From: Bacteroidota bacterium
Lineage (GTDB): Bacteria; Bacteroidota; Ignavibacteria; 0-14-0-80-59-12
Assembly: GCA_049973045.1 (NCBI GenBank)
Contig: JBMFJZ010000001.1
Location: 120,073-184,072, forward strand
Reading direction: 5' to 3'
DNA: 64,000 bases
The notes below the pieces were generated by a model. That model was not told the origin of the DNA, did not search any database, and saw only the letters and a list, made by a program, of their open reading frames with translations. Each line of letters begins with the position of its first letter. The first letter of the stretch is position 1. Both the position numbers and the translations under genes were made by a program. Positions 29,136 through 40,274 of the stretch are shown piece after piece.

Positions 29136-31604
29136 ATGCCAACACGATTGAAAGAGCGAACATCATCAAGAGGAGCTTCTGCAATGCGTGCGCGCCGGAA
29201 GCTCCAGGTCATTGCTATCCTGTTGATTCTCGTCGGGATTCTTCTGGGAATTGCGATTCTATCCTATACCCGGGCTGATGAAATTAATGCTGATACCCGA
29301 CTCATTGACCTGCTGGGTATTTTCACGAACGACCCCCAGATCCGCGCAAAGGCGGAGGCGACACACAACTGGCTTGGACTTGTAGGTGCAGTCGTTTCCA
29401 GTTTTCTGATCAATGGGACTCTTGGATATTTCTCCCTTGTTGTTTCCTTCCTTTTTCTTATCTGGGGGTGGGGTTTGCTCCGCGAAAGGTCGCTTCGCCG
29501 ATCCTTATCGCTGAGTATATACCTTTTCGTGATCGCTTATCTCAGTTCAACGGTCATCGGGATGATTCGTGTGATCACCGCATATCAGTGGTTGTCGCTG
29601 GAATGGGCTGGGGCGATCGGTGAATTCAGCGCCCTTGTCTTTTCGCGGCTTCTTGGTGCAGTTGGCGGTTCAATCGTTCTTGGAACTGCACTTTTCATAG
29701 TTTTCTTTTTAGCATATGACCTCGATATACGTCATACAGCGGAGCGTGTGCGGTATGCTTATGATCGGGTACTGGATCGGATTTTCGCTGCGAGATCGCG
29801 TAGGCGCGGTGCGGAAGCTGGGCGTAAAGCAGAATCAAATGTTGAGGTCATCAAGCGCCCGGAAGAGGGTGAAGAGCACCGTGAACAGATTAAGCCATCC
29901 TTTTCGCACTTAGCCGGCGCTCAATTATCAGAAGCGCTTGAGAGACTTGTGGAGGGTGAAGAGGAGACTGAGGCAATCACTCCAGAGCCTGCACCTTCTC
30001 CTGGGAGAGGAACACAACTGCGTGTCCTCCGACGGCAGGTAGTCTCCTCTGAAGATACCTCGGGGAAAATGCCCCCTGTAATGTCGGAAGTGATGGAAGA
30101 GGAGATCGATTATTCTCCACCAACCATTGATCTGCTTGATCCTTCGACGCAAAGCGAAGCTGTAAATGATGAGGAGCTGAAGGAGAATGCTGAGCTTCTT
30201 CGCGCGAAACTTGCAAATTTCGATGTTGAAATTGAAAGTGTCAGCGTCACCCCTGGTCCTGTTGTGACGTTGTATGAACTTGTCCCGGCTTCAGATGTGA
30301 AGATCAGTAGAATTACGAGCTTAGCGGATGATCTTGCTCTTGCTCTGAAGGCGCGGGGAATACGGATCATCGCACCAATGCCGGGGAAAGGAACGATCGG
30401 TGTCGAGATTCCAAATGCACATCCTGCCGTTGTCAGGTTCCGCAGTGTTGTGAACTCCACAAAGTTTCGGGAATTTCAAGCTCCTCTTCCTCTGGCAATG
30501 GGGAAAACTATTTCCGGAGAGGTCTACGTCGATGATCTCGCAAGAATGCCTCATTTGCTCATTGCTGGCGCAACTGGTTCTGGGAAAAGTGTTGGCATCA
30601 ACACTATTCTCATGAGTTTGGTTTATCGACTTCACCCTGCTGATGTAAAATTTGTAATCATTGATCCGAAGAAGATCGAGCTGTCGCAATATGCGCTTCT
30701 GAGAAATCATTTCCTCGCGCTCTCCCCTGACGTTGATGAAGAAATCATAACAACCCCTCAGAATGCCGTCAGCGCCCTGAAGAGCGTTGAATTGGAGATG
30801 GAACATCGATATAATCGTCTTGCAGCAGCAGGGGTTAGAAGCATCATCGATTACAATGAGCGTGTCCGCAGCGGTCGCCTGCATGACACCGAAGAGATCA
30901 AGCACTGTCGCCTCCCATATCTCATCGTCGTAATTGATGAGTTAGCGGACCTCATGATGACAGCGGCGAAAGAGGTGGAAGAGCCTATTGCCCGGCTTGC
31001 GCAACTTGCCAGAGCCGTTGGCATTCATCTGGTCGTTGCGACGCAGCGTCCCTCGGTGGATGTTCTTACCGGTGTGATTAAGGCGAACTTTTCTGCGCGG
31101 ATTGCTTATCAGGTTGCTTCAAAAACTGATTCGCGCACTATTCTTGACATGAATGGAGCAGAGCAACTTCTCGGCAGCGGAGACATGTTGTATCTTCCAT
31201 CTGGAAGTCCTAAGCCGATACGGATTCAAAACGCATATCTCTCTCCTGAAGAAGTTGAACGCATTACCGAGTACATCGGTCACCAGAAAGGTTTTTCCCA
31301 GCCGTATCAGCTGCCGTCCATAATTGAGCGGAAGAGGAACGGCTTCAGCAGTGGAGGTCGCTCCGGGCGCGATGAACTTTTCGAGGAAGCCGCACGCCTT
31401 GTTGTGAGGCATCAGCAAGGCTCAGTATCTTTGATCCAGCGTCGCTTGAAGGTAGGCTATTCACGAGCAGCGCGATTGATCGACGAACTTGAGGCCCACG
31501 GGATTGTTGGAGCTTTTGATGGCAGCAAGGCTCGGGAGGTTCTCATAGAATCAGAAGAGGAGCTCGAACAACTCCTGCGGGAGTTGGAAAAGGAATGGAA
31601 ATGA
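29136..31604 (+). CDS. ftsK: DNA translocase FtsK
   Basis: N-terminal TM helices, GATGSGKS, IDELADL, ATQRPS, gamma domain GYSRAARL. Confidence 0.97.
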   Translation: MPTRLKERTSSRGASAMRARRKLQVIAILLILVGILLGIAILSYTRADEINADTRLIDLLGIFTNDPQIRAKAEATHNWLGLVGAVVSSFLINGTLGYFSLVVSFLFLIWGWGLLRERSLRRSLSLSIYLFVIAYLSSTVIGMIRVITAYQWLSLEWAGAIGEFSALVFSRLLGAVGGSIVLGTALFIVFFLAYDLDIRHTAERVRYAYDRVLDRIFAARSRRRGAEAGRKAESNVEVIKRPEEGEEHREQIKPSFSHLAGAQLSEALERLVEGEEETEAITPEPAPSPGRGTQLRVLRRQVVSSEDTSGKMPPVMSEVMEEEIDYSPPTIDLLDPSTQSEAVNDEELKENAELLRAKLANFDVEIESVSVTPGPVVTLYELVPASDVKISRITSLADDLALALKARGIRIIAPMPGKGTIGVEIPNAHPAVVRFRSVVNSTKFREFQAPLPLAMGKTISGEVYVDDLARMPHLLIAGATGSGKSVGINTILMSLVYRLHPADVKFVIIDPKKIELSQYALLRNHFLALSPDVDEEIITTPQNAVSALKSVELEMEHRYNRLAAAGVRSIIDYNERVRSGRLHDTEEIKHCRLPYLIVVIDELADLMMTAAKEVEEPIARLAQLARAVGIHLVVATQRPSVDVLTGVIKANFSARIAYQVASKTDSRTILDMNGAEQLLGSGDMLYLPSGSPKPIRIQNAYLSPEEVERITEYIGHQKGFSQPYQLPSIIERKRNGFSSGGRSGRDELFEEAARLVVRHQQGSVSLIQRRLKVGYSRAARLIDELEAHGIVGAFDGSKAREVLIESEEELEQLLRELEKEWK

Positions 31605-32314
31605 AAAGATATTTAATTGACAAATTTATTTTTCGCTTCAGCGCTCTTAACATGAGGCATATGATTCTTACAGTTGCTCTGGGGAGCGCTATCCTCAGCA
31701 GCGCCTTTGTTAATACTCAAGCTGTAAATGATGTTACGGCGGTTGATATACTCAAACATCTTCAAGAGACATATCACTCAGCAAAAGACGCAACAATAGA
31801 GTTTACGCAAACGGTGAAATTTACCCTCACGAACGCAGTTCAAACGTTCCGCGGAACACTCTTCATGAAGAAGCCGAATTATTACCGCTTTGAGAATGAA
31901 GAGCAGACGATTGTGACCAATGGTAAAATCGTGTGGTCCTACTCTGCAGTAAATCATCAAGTTGTTGTTGACACTTATCGTGATGATCCTCAGGCGTTTA
32001 CACCTGATCGATTCCTCTTTGGATTGCCACGAGACTACTATTCTGCGCTCCTTGGCAAAGAAAAGCTTCGAGGAAAGGAGATGTATGTTCTCAGACTCGT
32101 GCCTAAGGAGGAACAAGCCTTTGTGCGGTCGTTGAAGCTCTGGGTTGACCCTGAGCAGTGGGTGGCACGGAAAGTTATTGTGGTCGATGTAAATGAAACG
32201 GAGACAACTTACATTCTCGCTCGGATAAGCTTTAACACTGGTCTTAGCAATTCACTATTTGAGTTTTCTCCACCGAAGGGGACTGAGGTTGTTGACCTTC
32301 GGAAACAAAAATAG
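31595..32314 (+). CDS. lolA: Outer-membrane lipoprotein carrier LolA
   Basis: FTQT, KPNYYRFE, IVTNGKIVW, FEFSPPKG; follows ftsK; start uncertain. Confidence 0.85.
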   Translation: MEMKRYLIDKFIFRFSALNMRHMILTVALGSAILSSAFVNTQAVNDVTAVDILKHLQETYHSAKDATIEFTQTVKFTLTNAVQTFRGTLFMKKPNYYRFENEEQTIVTNGKIVWSYSAVNHQVVVDTYRDDPQAFTPDRFLFGLPRDYYSALLGKEKLRGKEMYVLRLVPKEEQAFVRSLKLWVDPEQWVARKVIVVDVNETETTYILARISFNTGLSNSLFEFSPPKGTEVVDLRKQK

Positions 32315-32338
32315 AATCTGAATTTCTCCGACGAGCTA

Positions 32339-33460
32339 TTGATGAAATTCCTTCGCATGCGTGTTCTTCGGGTTTTCGGTGTTGCACTTCTCACTTTCGG
32401 ATTTCTTTACCTTGCGTTTCGTGGGACTCATATTGACAGGCTGTTTGAAGCTCTCTCTACAGGGAACTACCTTATTGCCTCAATTGTGATTCCAGTTCTT
32501 CTTCTGAGCGATCTTTTTAGAGCATGGCGATGGAAATACTTGCTGGCACCCCTAAAAGGAAACACCAAAGTTCGGAATCTTTTCTCTGCAACGATGATTG
32601 GATACATGATCAACAATTTTGTACCTCGCTTGGGCGAACTTGTGCGTCCTTACGCTCTTGGAAGGCTTGAACATGTCTCAAAAAGCGCTGCCCTAGGGAC
32701 GATTGTCGTCGAACGCGTCATTGACATTATGACGTTTTTGCTATTGCTTGGGGGATTGCTCATTTTCGATGAAAATTCTCTTTCCTCAACGTTTCCTTGG
32801 CTATCGCATACAGGGTTTGTTGTCTTTTTTATTACGCTCTTTCTTTTGCTGGTTCTTTACCTCCTGGTGAAGAAAAAGGAGCCAGTGCTTCAGCTCTATC
32901 GCCGTCTTTTTCGATTTCTCCCTCTGAAGATGTTCGAAAAAGGCGAGACCCTTCTCAGTGCATTTGTCGATGGATTTCGTGTAATCCGCCAGCCACGGTT
33001 TTACATTATGATCGCTATTTTGAGCATCGTAATTTGGGGTCTTTATCTTCTTATGATGTACGTCCCGTTCTATGCTTTCGGATTAGCGCATAGGGGACTT
33101 GGTCTTGGAGCAGCGGCAATATTGCTCGCTGTTTCTTCAATCAGTGTTGCGGTACCAACGCCCGGTGGAACGGGCACGTTTCACTCGCTTATTACTGAAA
33201 CACTGGTCCGTTTATACGGCGTAAACCATGAAGTTGCGTTGAGTTACGCCACGGTCACTCATGGAATGGGATACATTGGAGTGACGGTGGTTGGCATCAT
33301 ATATTTTCTAAGGTATAACATTCATATATCGGAAGCTATGGCAGCGGAAGCTGTTATTGAGGCTGAGGTAAACAAGGAGAGTGCAAAACAGCAGCTGTCC
33401 AATAATGCTCATGATGCCACACCAGAGGAAAGCATCTCAACAGGAGAGGAACACATATGA
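32339..33460 (+). CDS. Lysylphosphatidylglycerol-synthase-TM / flippase-like membrane protein (UPF0104)
   Basis: RAWRW, NNFVPRLGELVR, VERVID, PTPGGTG. Confidence 0.88.
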   Translation: MMKFLRMRVLRVFGVALLTFGFLYLAFRGTHIDRLFEALSTGNYLIASIVIPVLLLSDLFRAWRWKYLLAPLKGNTKVRNLFSATMIGYMINNFVPRLGELVRPYALGRLEHVSKSAALGTIVVERVIDIMTFLLLLGGLLIFDENSLSSTFPWLSHTGFVVFFITLFLLLVLYLLVKKKEPVLQLYRRLFRFLPLKMFEKGETLLSAFVDGFRVIRQPRFYIMIAILSIVIWGLYLLMMYVPFYAFGLAHRGLGLGAAAILLAVSSISVAVPTPGGTGTFHSLITETLVRLYGVNHEVALSYATVTHGMGYIGVTVVGIIYFLRYNIHISEAMAAEAVIEAEVNKESAKQQLSNNAHDATPEESISTGEEHI

Positions 33461-34752
33461 AGCTTGGAGTCATTGGGACAGGATATGTCGGGCTGGTAGT
33501 TGGAGCCTGTTTTGCCGAGAGTGGGAACGACGTTATTTGTGTTGATGTCGATGACAAAAAAGTTCGGCAACTTCGCAGGGGGATTGTTCCAATTTATGAG
33601 CCCGGTCTTGAAGAACTTGTGAGGAAAAATCTAAAAGAAAAACGTCTCACCTTTACGACACGATTGAAGGATGCTGTAGATGAGGCTTCGGTTATCTTCC
33701 TGGCGCTTCCTACGCCTGCTAATGAAGATGGCTCTGCCGATCTTCGATACGTGCTCGATGTTGCAGCGAAGATTGGCAAGCTAATGCGGAAGCCTCGAAT
33801 CATTGTGACGAAAAGCACCGTGCCCGTAGGTACGGCAGAGAAGATTCGCGAGGTCATACGGAGGGAAACAGAGATTGAGTTTGATGTTGTAGCCAATCCG
33901 GAATTTCTGAAGCAAGGGGCTGCTGTAGCTGATTTCATGTCGCCCGACCGTGTCATTGTTGGGACGCGAAACCCTGAGTCAGCTCGCATCATGCACGAAC
34001 TTTACAAGCCATTCATGCGAACCTCCGATCGCTTTATGCTTATGGATGAACGAAGCGCTGAACTTTCGAAATACGCTGCAAATGCCTTGCTTGCGACAAA
34101 GATTTCCTTCATGAACGAAATTGCAAATCTCTGCGAGCGTGTTGGAGCTGATGTTGATCAAGTTCGCCGCGGTCTCGGAGCTGATCCGCGTATCGGTGCC
34201 CAGTTTCTCTTCCCGGGTGTTGGATTTGGTGGTTCGTGCTTTCCAAAGGACATCAAAGCGCTGACTAAGACCTCACATGAAGTTGGATATGAGTTTCGGA
34301 TTCTCAAAGCTGTTGAGCAAGTAAATCAGCAGCAAAAGATTCATCTTGTTGAGAAGGCACAAGCTTATTTCGGCAGCCTTCGAGGAAAGAAATTCGCCGT
34401 GTGGGGGCTTAGCTTCAAACCGCGGACTGACGATCTGCGCGAAGCTCCGTCTCTGGCTATCATCCATGAATTAGTGAAGCGGGGAGCGAAAGTAACCGCG
34501 CATGATCCTGTCGCCATAAAAAACGCAAAGGAACTTCTTGGTCGTACAGTGAAGTTTTTTGAAAACTACTATGATGCCTTAAAAGGAGCTGATGGACTTT
34601 TCCTGGTGACAGAGTGGAATGATTTTCGTCACCCCGATTTTGATCGGATGAAAACCATGATGCGTACACCGGTAATCTTTGATGGAAGAAACATCTATGA
34701 CCCAGAACTTCTCAAGCAGCATGGATTCACTTACTTTGGGATAGGGCGGTAG
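33457..34752 (+). CDS. ugd: UDP-glucose 6-dehydrogenase
   Basis: GTGYVG, KSTVPVG, PEFL, GFGGSCFPKD, DGRN. Confidence 0.95.
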   Translation: MKLGVIGTGYVGLVVGACFAESGNDVICVDVDDKKVRQLRRGIVPIYEPGLEELVRKNLKEKRLTFTTRLKDAVDEASVIFLALPTPANEDGSADLRYVLDVAAKIGKLMRKPRIIVTKSTVPVGTAEKIREVIRRETEIEFDVVANPEFLKQGAAVADFMSPDRVIVGTRNPESARIMHELYKPFMRTSDRFMLMDERSAELSKYAANALLATKISFMNEIANLCERVGADVDQVRRGLGADPRIGAQFLFPGVGFGGSCFPKDIKALTKTSHEVGYEFRILKAVEQVNQQQKIHLVEKAQAYFGSLRGKKFAVWGLSFKPRTDDLREAPSLAIIHELVKRGAKVTAHDPVAIKNAKELLGRTVKFFENYYDALKGADGLFLVTEWNDFRHPDFDRMKTMMRTPVIFDGRNIYDPELLKQHGFTYFGIGR

Positions 34753-34756
34753 AGCA

Positions 34757-36988
34757 ATGAAACAAGTTGTGCGGAGAATGCTGAAGGGCAAGCTTCTCGG
34801 TGGGAAAATGGGGCCAATTTCTGTTGAAGAGGTGCCACCACCGGCTCTGAGCTCAGGCGGGGTCCTTGTGAAGGTTGCCTATTCCCTTATCAGCGCCGGG
34901 ACAGAGAGGACAAGTATTCGTTTCGGGAAGCTGAATCTTCTCCAGAAAGCGCGCTCTCGACCAGAGGATGTTAAGCGGATCCTCCGTGAAGTCCAGCAAT
35001 ATGGCTTTTTGCCAACATACCGTAAAGTGGTTGGGAAATTGAGGATCCCTTCAGCGCTTGGATATTCTCTTTCCGGTGTTGTACTTGCAGTGGATGATTC
35101 AGTGCACGAATTTCAGCCCGGTGACCGGGTTGCGTGTGGTGGAGCCGGATATGCGAATCACGCTGACATCGTGTTTGTCCCTAGAAATCTGTGTGTGAAA
35201 CTCCCCCCGATGGTGCCGTTAGATGATGCTGCATATACCACGGTTGGTGCAATTGCCATGCAGGGGGTCCGAGAGGCTGAAGTTTCCCTTGGTGACGTAG
35301 TCTGTGTGATTGGGTTGGGATTAATTGGGCAAATCACCGTCCAGCTTCTTAAGTCAGCCGGATGTTCGGTGGTAGGAATTGATCTCAGTAAAGAAGCTGT
35401 GGAGCTTGCGAGAACCTATGGAGCTGATCTTGCCTTTCTCCGGTGTCCCGAGCAGAACGATCTTCGCAATGCAATCTTCGCTGCGACACATGGGCGCGGT
35501 GTCGACGCAGTTATCATCACAGCAGCGACACGGTCCAATGATCCGTTTGTTCTGGCGGGAGAGATCGCTCGTGATCGTGCGAAAGTTGTTCTCGTGGGCG
35601 ACGTGAAAATTGATATCCCGCGTGAACCATACTATAGGAAAGAACTTCAGATTCGTCTCTCCCGTTCATATGGTCCCGGTCGGTATGACCCTGTGTACGA
35701 GGAAAGAGGCGCTGATTATCCAGTTGGCTACGTTCGCTGGACGGAGCGACGCAACATGGAGGAGTTCGTTGAACTGCTGGCGGCGCAGAAACTTAACGTC
35801 CGCTCACTGACAACACATGTGTTTCCTGTCGATGAGGCACCAAGAGCGTATGAACTGATCTCCGGAAAATCAAAAACGAGTCGTCGGCGGGTTCAACATT
35901 ATGTGGGGGTTCTCCTCAAGTATGAGCAGCCAGAGGCTACTTTGCCTGCACACAAGCCCCGCCAGAGGAGAGAAGCGCCAATAATTCGGTCACTTGCCCC
36001 AGCCTTTAATATTGGTTTCATTGGTGCGGGGTCCTATGCCCAAAGTATGCTTCTTCCACACATCCGGAGGGTTTCTGATGCAAAGCTTGTTCATGTCGTT
36101 ACAATTCATGGGCTCACAGCCAAGTCGGTGGCGGAGCAGTACGGGTTCGCCAGCTATAGCACCGAGCCTCTTGATGTGCTTGAGAATGAATCTATTGGCA
36201 CCATCTTTATCGCCACACGCCATGGTTCTCATGCGAAATATGTTGTCGAAGCTTTGCGCCGTGGCAAGAACGTTTTTGTTGAAAAACCTCTTGCTCTTAA
36301 CGAGGTTGAATTAAAGGAGATAGAAATAGCATTCAGGGAAGCTCGCAGTGCAAATCCGAATCTGAGGTTAATGGTAGGATTCAATCGAAGGTTTGCACCG
36401 AGTTTCGTCGCACTGAAGGATTTCTTCAGCGGGATTAAGGAACCGCTGTTGATTCAATACCGAGTTAATGCTGGTTTCCTTCCTAAGGATCACTGGATTC
36501 ATGATCCTGTTGATGGAGGGGGGCGCATCATTGGTGAGGTATGCCACTTTGTTGATGTCTTGGAATTTCTTACGGGCAATCATGTTAAAGAGGTTTTTGC
36601 TCGCACTGTTTCATCAACGAATGAGGCAATGGTAGGAGATGATAATCTTGCAGCCATACTTTCAATTGATGATGGAAGCATGGGAGTCATCACATACCTT
36701 GCCAACGGAGACGCCTCTGTTCCGAAAGAGCGAATTGAGGTCTCCTCTGGTATGAGGACAGCAATCCTTGATAATTTCACATCCCTTGTTCTATATGCCG
36801 CTGGCAATCAAAAAAAACAGACATGGGGCACCGTAGAGAAAGGTCAAAGAGAAATGATAACGCAGTTTCTGCATATACTACGCGCTGGAGGAGACGACCT
36901 TATTCCGTTTGATAGTTTAAGAACAACTACCCTGGCAACATTCAAAATTATCCGTTCACTTCGAGTGGGAGAACCCATTGCGATTTAG
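34757..36988 (+). CDS. Bi-domain oxidoreductase (MDR/ADH-like plus Gfo/Idh/MocA)
   Basis: ISAGTE, GLGLIG, SYGPGRYD, then GAGSYA, VEKP, GFNRRF, CHFVD. Confidence 0.88.
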   Translation: MKQVVRRMLKGKLLGGKMGPISVEEVPPPALSSGGVLVKVAYSLISAGTERTSIRFGKLNLLQKARSRPEDVKRILREVQQYGFLPTYRKVVGKLRIPSALGYSLSGVVLAVDDSVHEFQPGDRVACGGAGYANHADIVFVPRNLCVKLPPMVPLDDAAYTTVGAIAMQGVREAEVSLGDVVCVIGLGLIGQITVQLLKSAGCSVVGIDLSKEAVELARTYGADLAFLRCPEQNDLRNAIFAATHGRGVDAVIITAATRSNDPFVLAGEIARDRAKVVLVGDVKIDIPREPYYRKELQIRLSRSYGPGRYDPVYEERGADYPVGYVRWTERRNMEEFVELLAAQKLNVRSLTTHVFPVDEAPRAYELISGKSKTSRRRVQHYVGVLLKYEQPEATLPAHKPRQRREAPIIRSLAPAFNIGFIGAGSYAQSMLLPHIRRVSDAKLVHVVTIHGLTAKSVAEQYGFASYSTEPLDVLENESIGTIFIATRHGSHAKYVVEALRRGKNVFVEKPLALNEVELKEIEIAFREARSANPNLRLMVGFNRRFAPSFVALKDFFSGIKEPLLIQYRVNAGFLPKDHWIHDPVDGGGRIIGEVCHFVDVLEFLTGNHVKEVFARTVSSTNEAMVGDDNLAAILSIDDGSMGVITYLANGDASVPKERIEVSSGMRTAILDNFTSLVLYAAGNQKKQTWGTVEKGQREMITQFLHILRAGGDDLIPFDSLRTTTLATFKIIRSLRVGEPIAI

Positions 36989-37685
36989 CTCTGTTTCAGA
37001 AGCAATTCTTCTTTCTCTGTCATTGATGGCATTCCCACTTCATGCACAGACAGAGAAGGAAAGAGGGCAACATGTCGGTCAGTTGGCAGTGGCAGCTGGG
37101 ATGGGGGTCACTGAAATTATTGCCTATGATGTGGTGGACTATCTGAATCAATTCATCATTCAACGAGAGAATCGCATCGATCAATTTGGGACAGCTTCCG
37201 AGTTTTTTGCTGCTCCTGAATTCAGATTTGGAGATAGCTTCTCTACAAAATTGGAGTACGCATATCTGTTAAAATCGTATCAGATTATCCAGGCTGAGGG
37301 TACCCATGATGTAGCATATGCTGTTCACATGCCAACCTTCGTCTTACATAGGATCATCGATGGTGATGGTTATGCACTGAAATTTGGTGGCGGAGTGGGA
37401 TACTACTTTGGTTCGTTCGATGAGAAACTTTCTGCTTATGGTATGGATCGGACACTTCGAGCTTCAGGTGTTGGGATAAAGCTTGATGTGGAGGGCAATA
37501 CGACATTGGGTGATAACCTCTTTGTATACCTTGGTATTGACGCACGCTGGTCGTTTATCCCAACACTCCGCGATGGGAGCGGAAACAACATTATCATCCG
37601 GGTTCCTAATGAGGCAGCACGTGAGGTCTCTATGAGATTCTTCAGCGCTGGTATTAAACTTGGGATCTTATTTGTATTGCGATGA
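36978..37685 (+). CDS. Putative outer-membrane beta-barrel protein
   Basis: Signal peptide (LHA-Q), amphipathic strands, GGGVGYY, terminal GIKLGILF. Confidence 0.65.
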   Translation: MRFSSVSEAILLSLSLMAFPLHAQTEKERGQHVGQLAVAAGMGVTEIIAYDVVDYLNQFIIQRENRIDQFGTASEFFAAPEFRFGDSFSTKLEYAYLLKSYQIIQAEGTHDVAYAVHMPTFVLHRIIDGDGYALKFGGGVGYYFGSFDEKLSAYGMDRTLRASGVGIKLDVEGNTTLGDNLFVYLGIDARWSFIPTLRDGSGNNIIIRVPNEAAREVSMRFFSAGIKLGILFVLR

Positions 37686-37698
37686 AAAGATCGTGATC

Positions 37699-38508
37699 AT
37701 GCTTAACAGCATTTTATTGGGTATTCTTCAGGGATTGACTGAGTTTCTTCCCATAAGTAGTTCGGGACACTTAGTGCTGGCTGAGCACCTTCTTGGCGTC
37801 CGCTCACGGGGTGATATTGCATTTGAGGTTTTCCTTCATTTAGGAACGTTGTTCAGCATACTGACCCTTTTTTGGAAGGATGTTGTTCGCATGATCGAGT
37901 CTGTTGCCCGTGCTGTCACTGTTCCTGCTGCGATGAAAGAACACTACAAGCATGACGTAGATTTGCGGCTTACCTGGTATGTTGTTCTTGGGACAGTTCC
38001 TGCAGCTCTGGTTGGCGTTCTCTTTGAACACCAAGTGGAGTCACTTTTTTCCGATCCGAAGCTGGTTGCGGATATGCTCATTGTTACGGGGGTTATTCTT
38101 TATTTGACGCGCTTTGCGCATGTTCGGGGGAATGGATCAATGAACGGGTTTCAATCGTTCATCATCGGCATCGGACAAGCGGTCGCTGTGATCCCTGGCA
38201 TTTCCCGTTCTGGAAGCACGATCAGCACAGGCATGTATTTAGGTGTTCAACCGGAGGAAGCAACTCGTTTTTCATTCTTGCTTGCAGTGCCAGTCATCGC
38301 TGGAGCAGCTTTGCTGAAAGCAAAGGAACTTTATGCAGCTCATACCCCGATTGCTGATATAGCCCCTATGGCAGCTGGAGCTGGTTTTGCTTATGTTGTT
38401 GGCATTCTTGCGATAAAATTTCTCCTCGGTGTTGTTCGGCGCGGAAAGTTCGTTTGGTTTGCATACTACTGTATAATAGCAGGTGTTGCAGGCATCGTTT
38501 TTCTGTAA
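37699..38508 (+). CDS. uppP: Undecaprenyl-diphosphate phosphatase
   Basis: QGLTEFLPISSSGH, PGISRSG. Confidence 0.97.
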   Translation: MLNSILLGILQGLTEFLPISSSGHLVLAEHLLGVRSRGDIAFEVFLHLGTLFSILTLFWKDVVRMIESVARAVTVPAAMKEHYKHDVDLRLTWYVVLGTVPAALVGVLFEHQVESLFSDPKLVADMLIVTGVILYLTRFAHVRGNGSMNGFQSFIIGIGQAVAVIPGISRSGSTISTGMYLGVQPEEATRFSFLLAVPVIAGAALLKAKELYAAHTPIADIAPMAAGAGFAYVVGILAIKFLLGVVRRGKFVWFAYYCIIAGVAGIVFL

Positions 38509-38531
38509 AACAACTATCGAAAGGGTCAGAC

Positions 38532-39140
38532 ATGAAACGAAATCTGGGTCTAATTGTTCTTGTAATCGTAGCTCTTGCAACCACAAAGGCTGGAACGTAC
38601 GGTCTCAACGGGAAACAGATATCCGGACCAGCTCCAAAAGAGATTGCTGTTGTTGAAACGAGCATGGGGACGTTTGAGATACTACTGTACAGGGCGGATG
38701 CCCCGAGAACCGTCGAGAACTTTGTAAGGCTTTCGCAGAAAGGTTATTACAATGGAATAATCTTTCATCGTGTTGCAAAAGGATTTGTTATCCAGGCCGG
38801 TGACCCTACTGGGACTGGTTCCGGTGGTCGGAGCATCTGGGGGAAAGAGTTTGAGGACGAGCTTAATCCCAACACGCCAAGCTATAAGGAGGGCTACGTG
38901 AAGGGGGTTGTGGCAATGGCAAACCGTGGTCCGAATACAAACACGAGTCAATTCTTCATTCTTCTCAATGATGCTCCTCGTTTGCCGCATAACTACACAA
39001 TCTTTGGAAAAGTGATAAAGGGAATGGACGTCGTTGAGAAAATCGGCCAGGTTCCAATCACCCCTCAGCTTGGTCCGAACGATGGTAGGCCGTTGAAGAA
39101 TATTGTGATAAAGAAGATAACAATTCGTATCATAAAATAG
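38532..39140 (+). CDS. Cyclophilin-type PPIase with signal peptide
   Basis: FHRVAKGFVIQAGD, MANRGPNTNTSQFFI, YTIFGKV. Confidence 0.95.
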   Translation: MKRNLGLIVLVIVALATTKAGTYGLNGKQISGPAPKEIAVVETSMGTFEILLYRADAPRTVENFVRLSQKGYYNGIIFHRVAKGFVIQAGDPTGTGSGGRSIWGKEFEDELNPNTPSYKEGYVKGVVAMANRGPNTNTSQFFILLNDAPRLPHNYTIFGKVIKGMDVVEKIGQVPITPQLGPNDGRPLKNIVIKKITIRIIK

Positions 39141-39209
39141 CTGCCTATTGGGAATGTTGCACGAACTTCTGCATAATCTTGGCGTCCAGAGATAGGGAAG
39201 TGAAAAATC

Positions 39210-40229
39210 GTGAAGGAACGTATCTCAAATCCGGCAGAGGTTTTTCAGGTTCTCAATACGGAAATTCGAGCTGGAAAAGTGCACCCTGTTTTTCTTCTTT
39301 ACGGTGAAGAAGAATTCTTTGTGCGCAAATCCGTTGACACTATGGTTGCTGTTTTGCTGGATGTTTCAGCTCGAGCATTTAATCTTGATATAGTGGACGG
39401 TCAGGATACTGATGCTGCTACAGTGCTTGCTCTTGTTAACGCCTATCCTCTAATGAGCGAGCGTCGTGTTGTGGTGGTCTACAATATAGATCGCCTTGCC
39501 GATGCTGCACGTCTCGTTAACTACATAGCGCATCCATCTCCAAGTACTGTGTTGATATTAAGTGCCGAGAAACCAGATTTCCGACGCAATCCATTTACAG
39601 CTATGAGGAAAGCTTCATCCCATGTTCGCCTTGTTGAATTCCGGCGGCTCTACGCGAATGAGGTTCCACTGTGGATTGTCGAATACGGAAAACAACTTGG
39701 ACTTTCGCTGACGTCTGGGGCAGCACTCCGATTGCAACAGCTTGTGGGAGATTCTCCTCGTGAATTAGCAAGCGAGATGGAGAAACTTTCCATCTTTCTT
39801 GGTGAAAGGCGCTCGGCGTCCGAGGTTGATATAGATGAGGTAATTGGTTCATCACGTCTCTATAATTCTTTTGAGCTCTCGAGAGCAATTGGAGTAAGGG
39901 ATCGGCGCACAGCTTTTATCATTCTGGAGAGGATGCTGAACAGTGGTGAACCGCCCGTCAAGATTGTTTCGATTTTGGCGAAGTTTTACCTTACACTTTT
40001 GAAGCTCCATGATCTACTCAAGCAAAATTATTCCGACGCTGACATCGCCGATCGAGCACGAATTTATCCAGCAGCTGTGCGAGAATATCGCCGTTACCTG
40101 CAGAGCTTCGATATGGGAGCAATCCAGAAAAGTATCAGGTCTCTTTTTCAAGCTGACTTGGCATTGAAGTCAAGTAGCGCCGATCCACGAGTAGTTATGA
40201 CTGTTCTTGTGCATCAACTCCTTCGGTAG
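39210..40229 (+). CDS. holA: DNA polymerase III delta subunit
   Basis: FLLYGEEEF, PLMSERRVV, EMEKL, ADLALKSS. Confidence 0.9.
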   Translation: MKERISNPAEVFQVLNTEIRAGKVHPVFLLYGEEEFFVRKSVDTMVAVLLDVSARAFNLDIVDGQDTDAATVLALVNAYPLMSERRVVVVYNIDRLADAARLVNYIAHPSPSTVLILSAEKPDFRRNPFTAMRKASSHVRLVEFRRLYANEVPLWIVEYGKQLGLSLTSGAALRLQQLVGDSPRELASEMEKLSIFLGERRSASEVDIDEVIGSSRLYNSFELSRAIGVRDRRTAFIILERMLNSGEPPVKIVSILAKFYLTLLKLHDLLKQNYSDADIADRARIYPAAVREYRRYLQSFDMGAIQKSIRSLFQADLALKSSSADPRVVMTVLVHQLLR

Positions 40230-40274
40230 CTGCTGCGAAAGCAGCAGCGTAAATATGTGCAGAGGCCAAGGGCT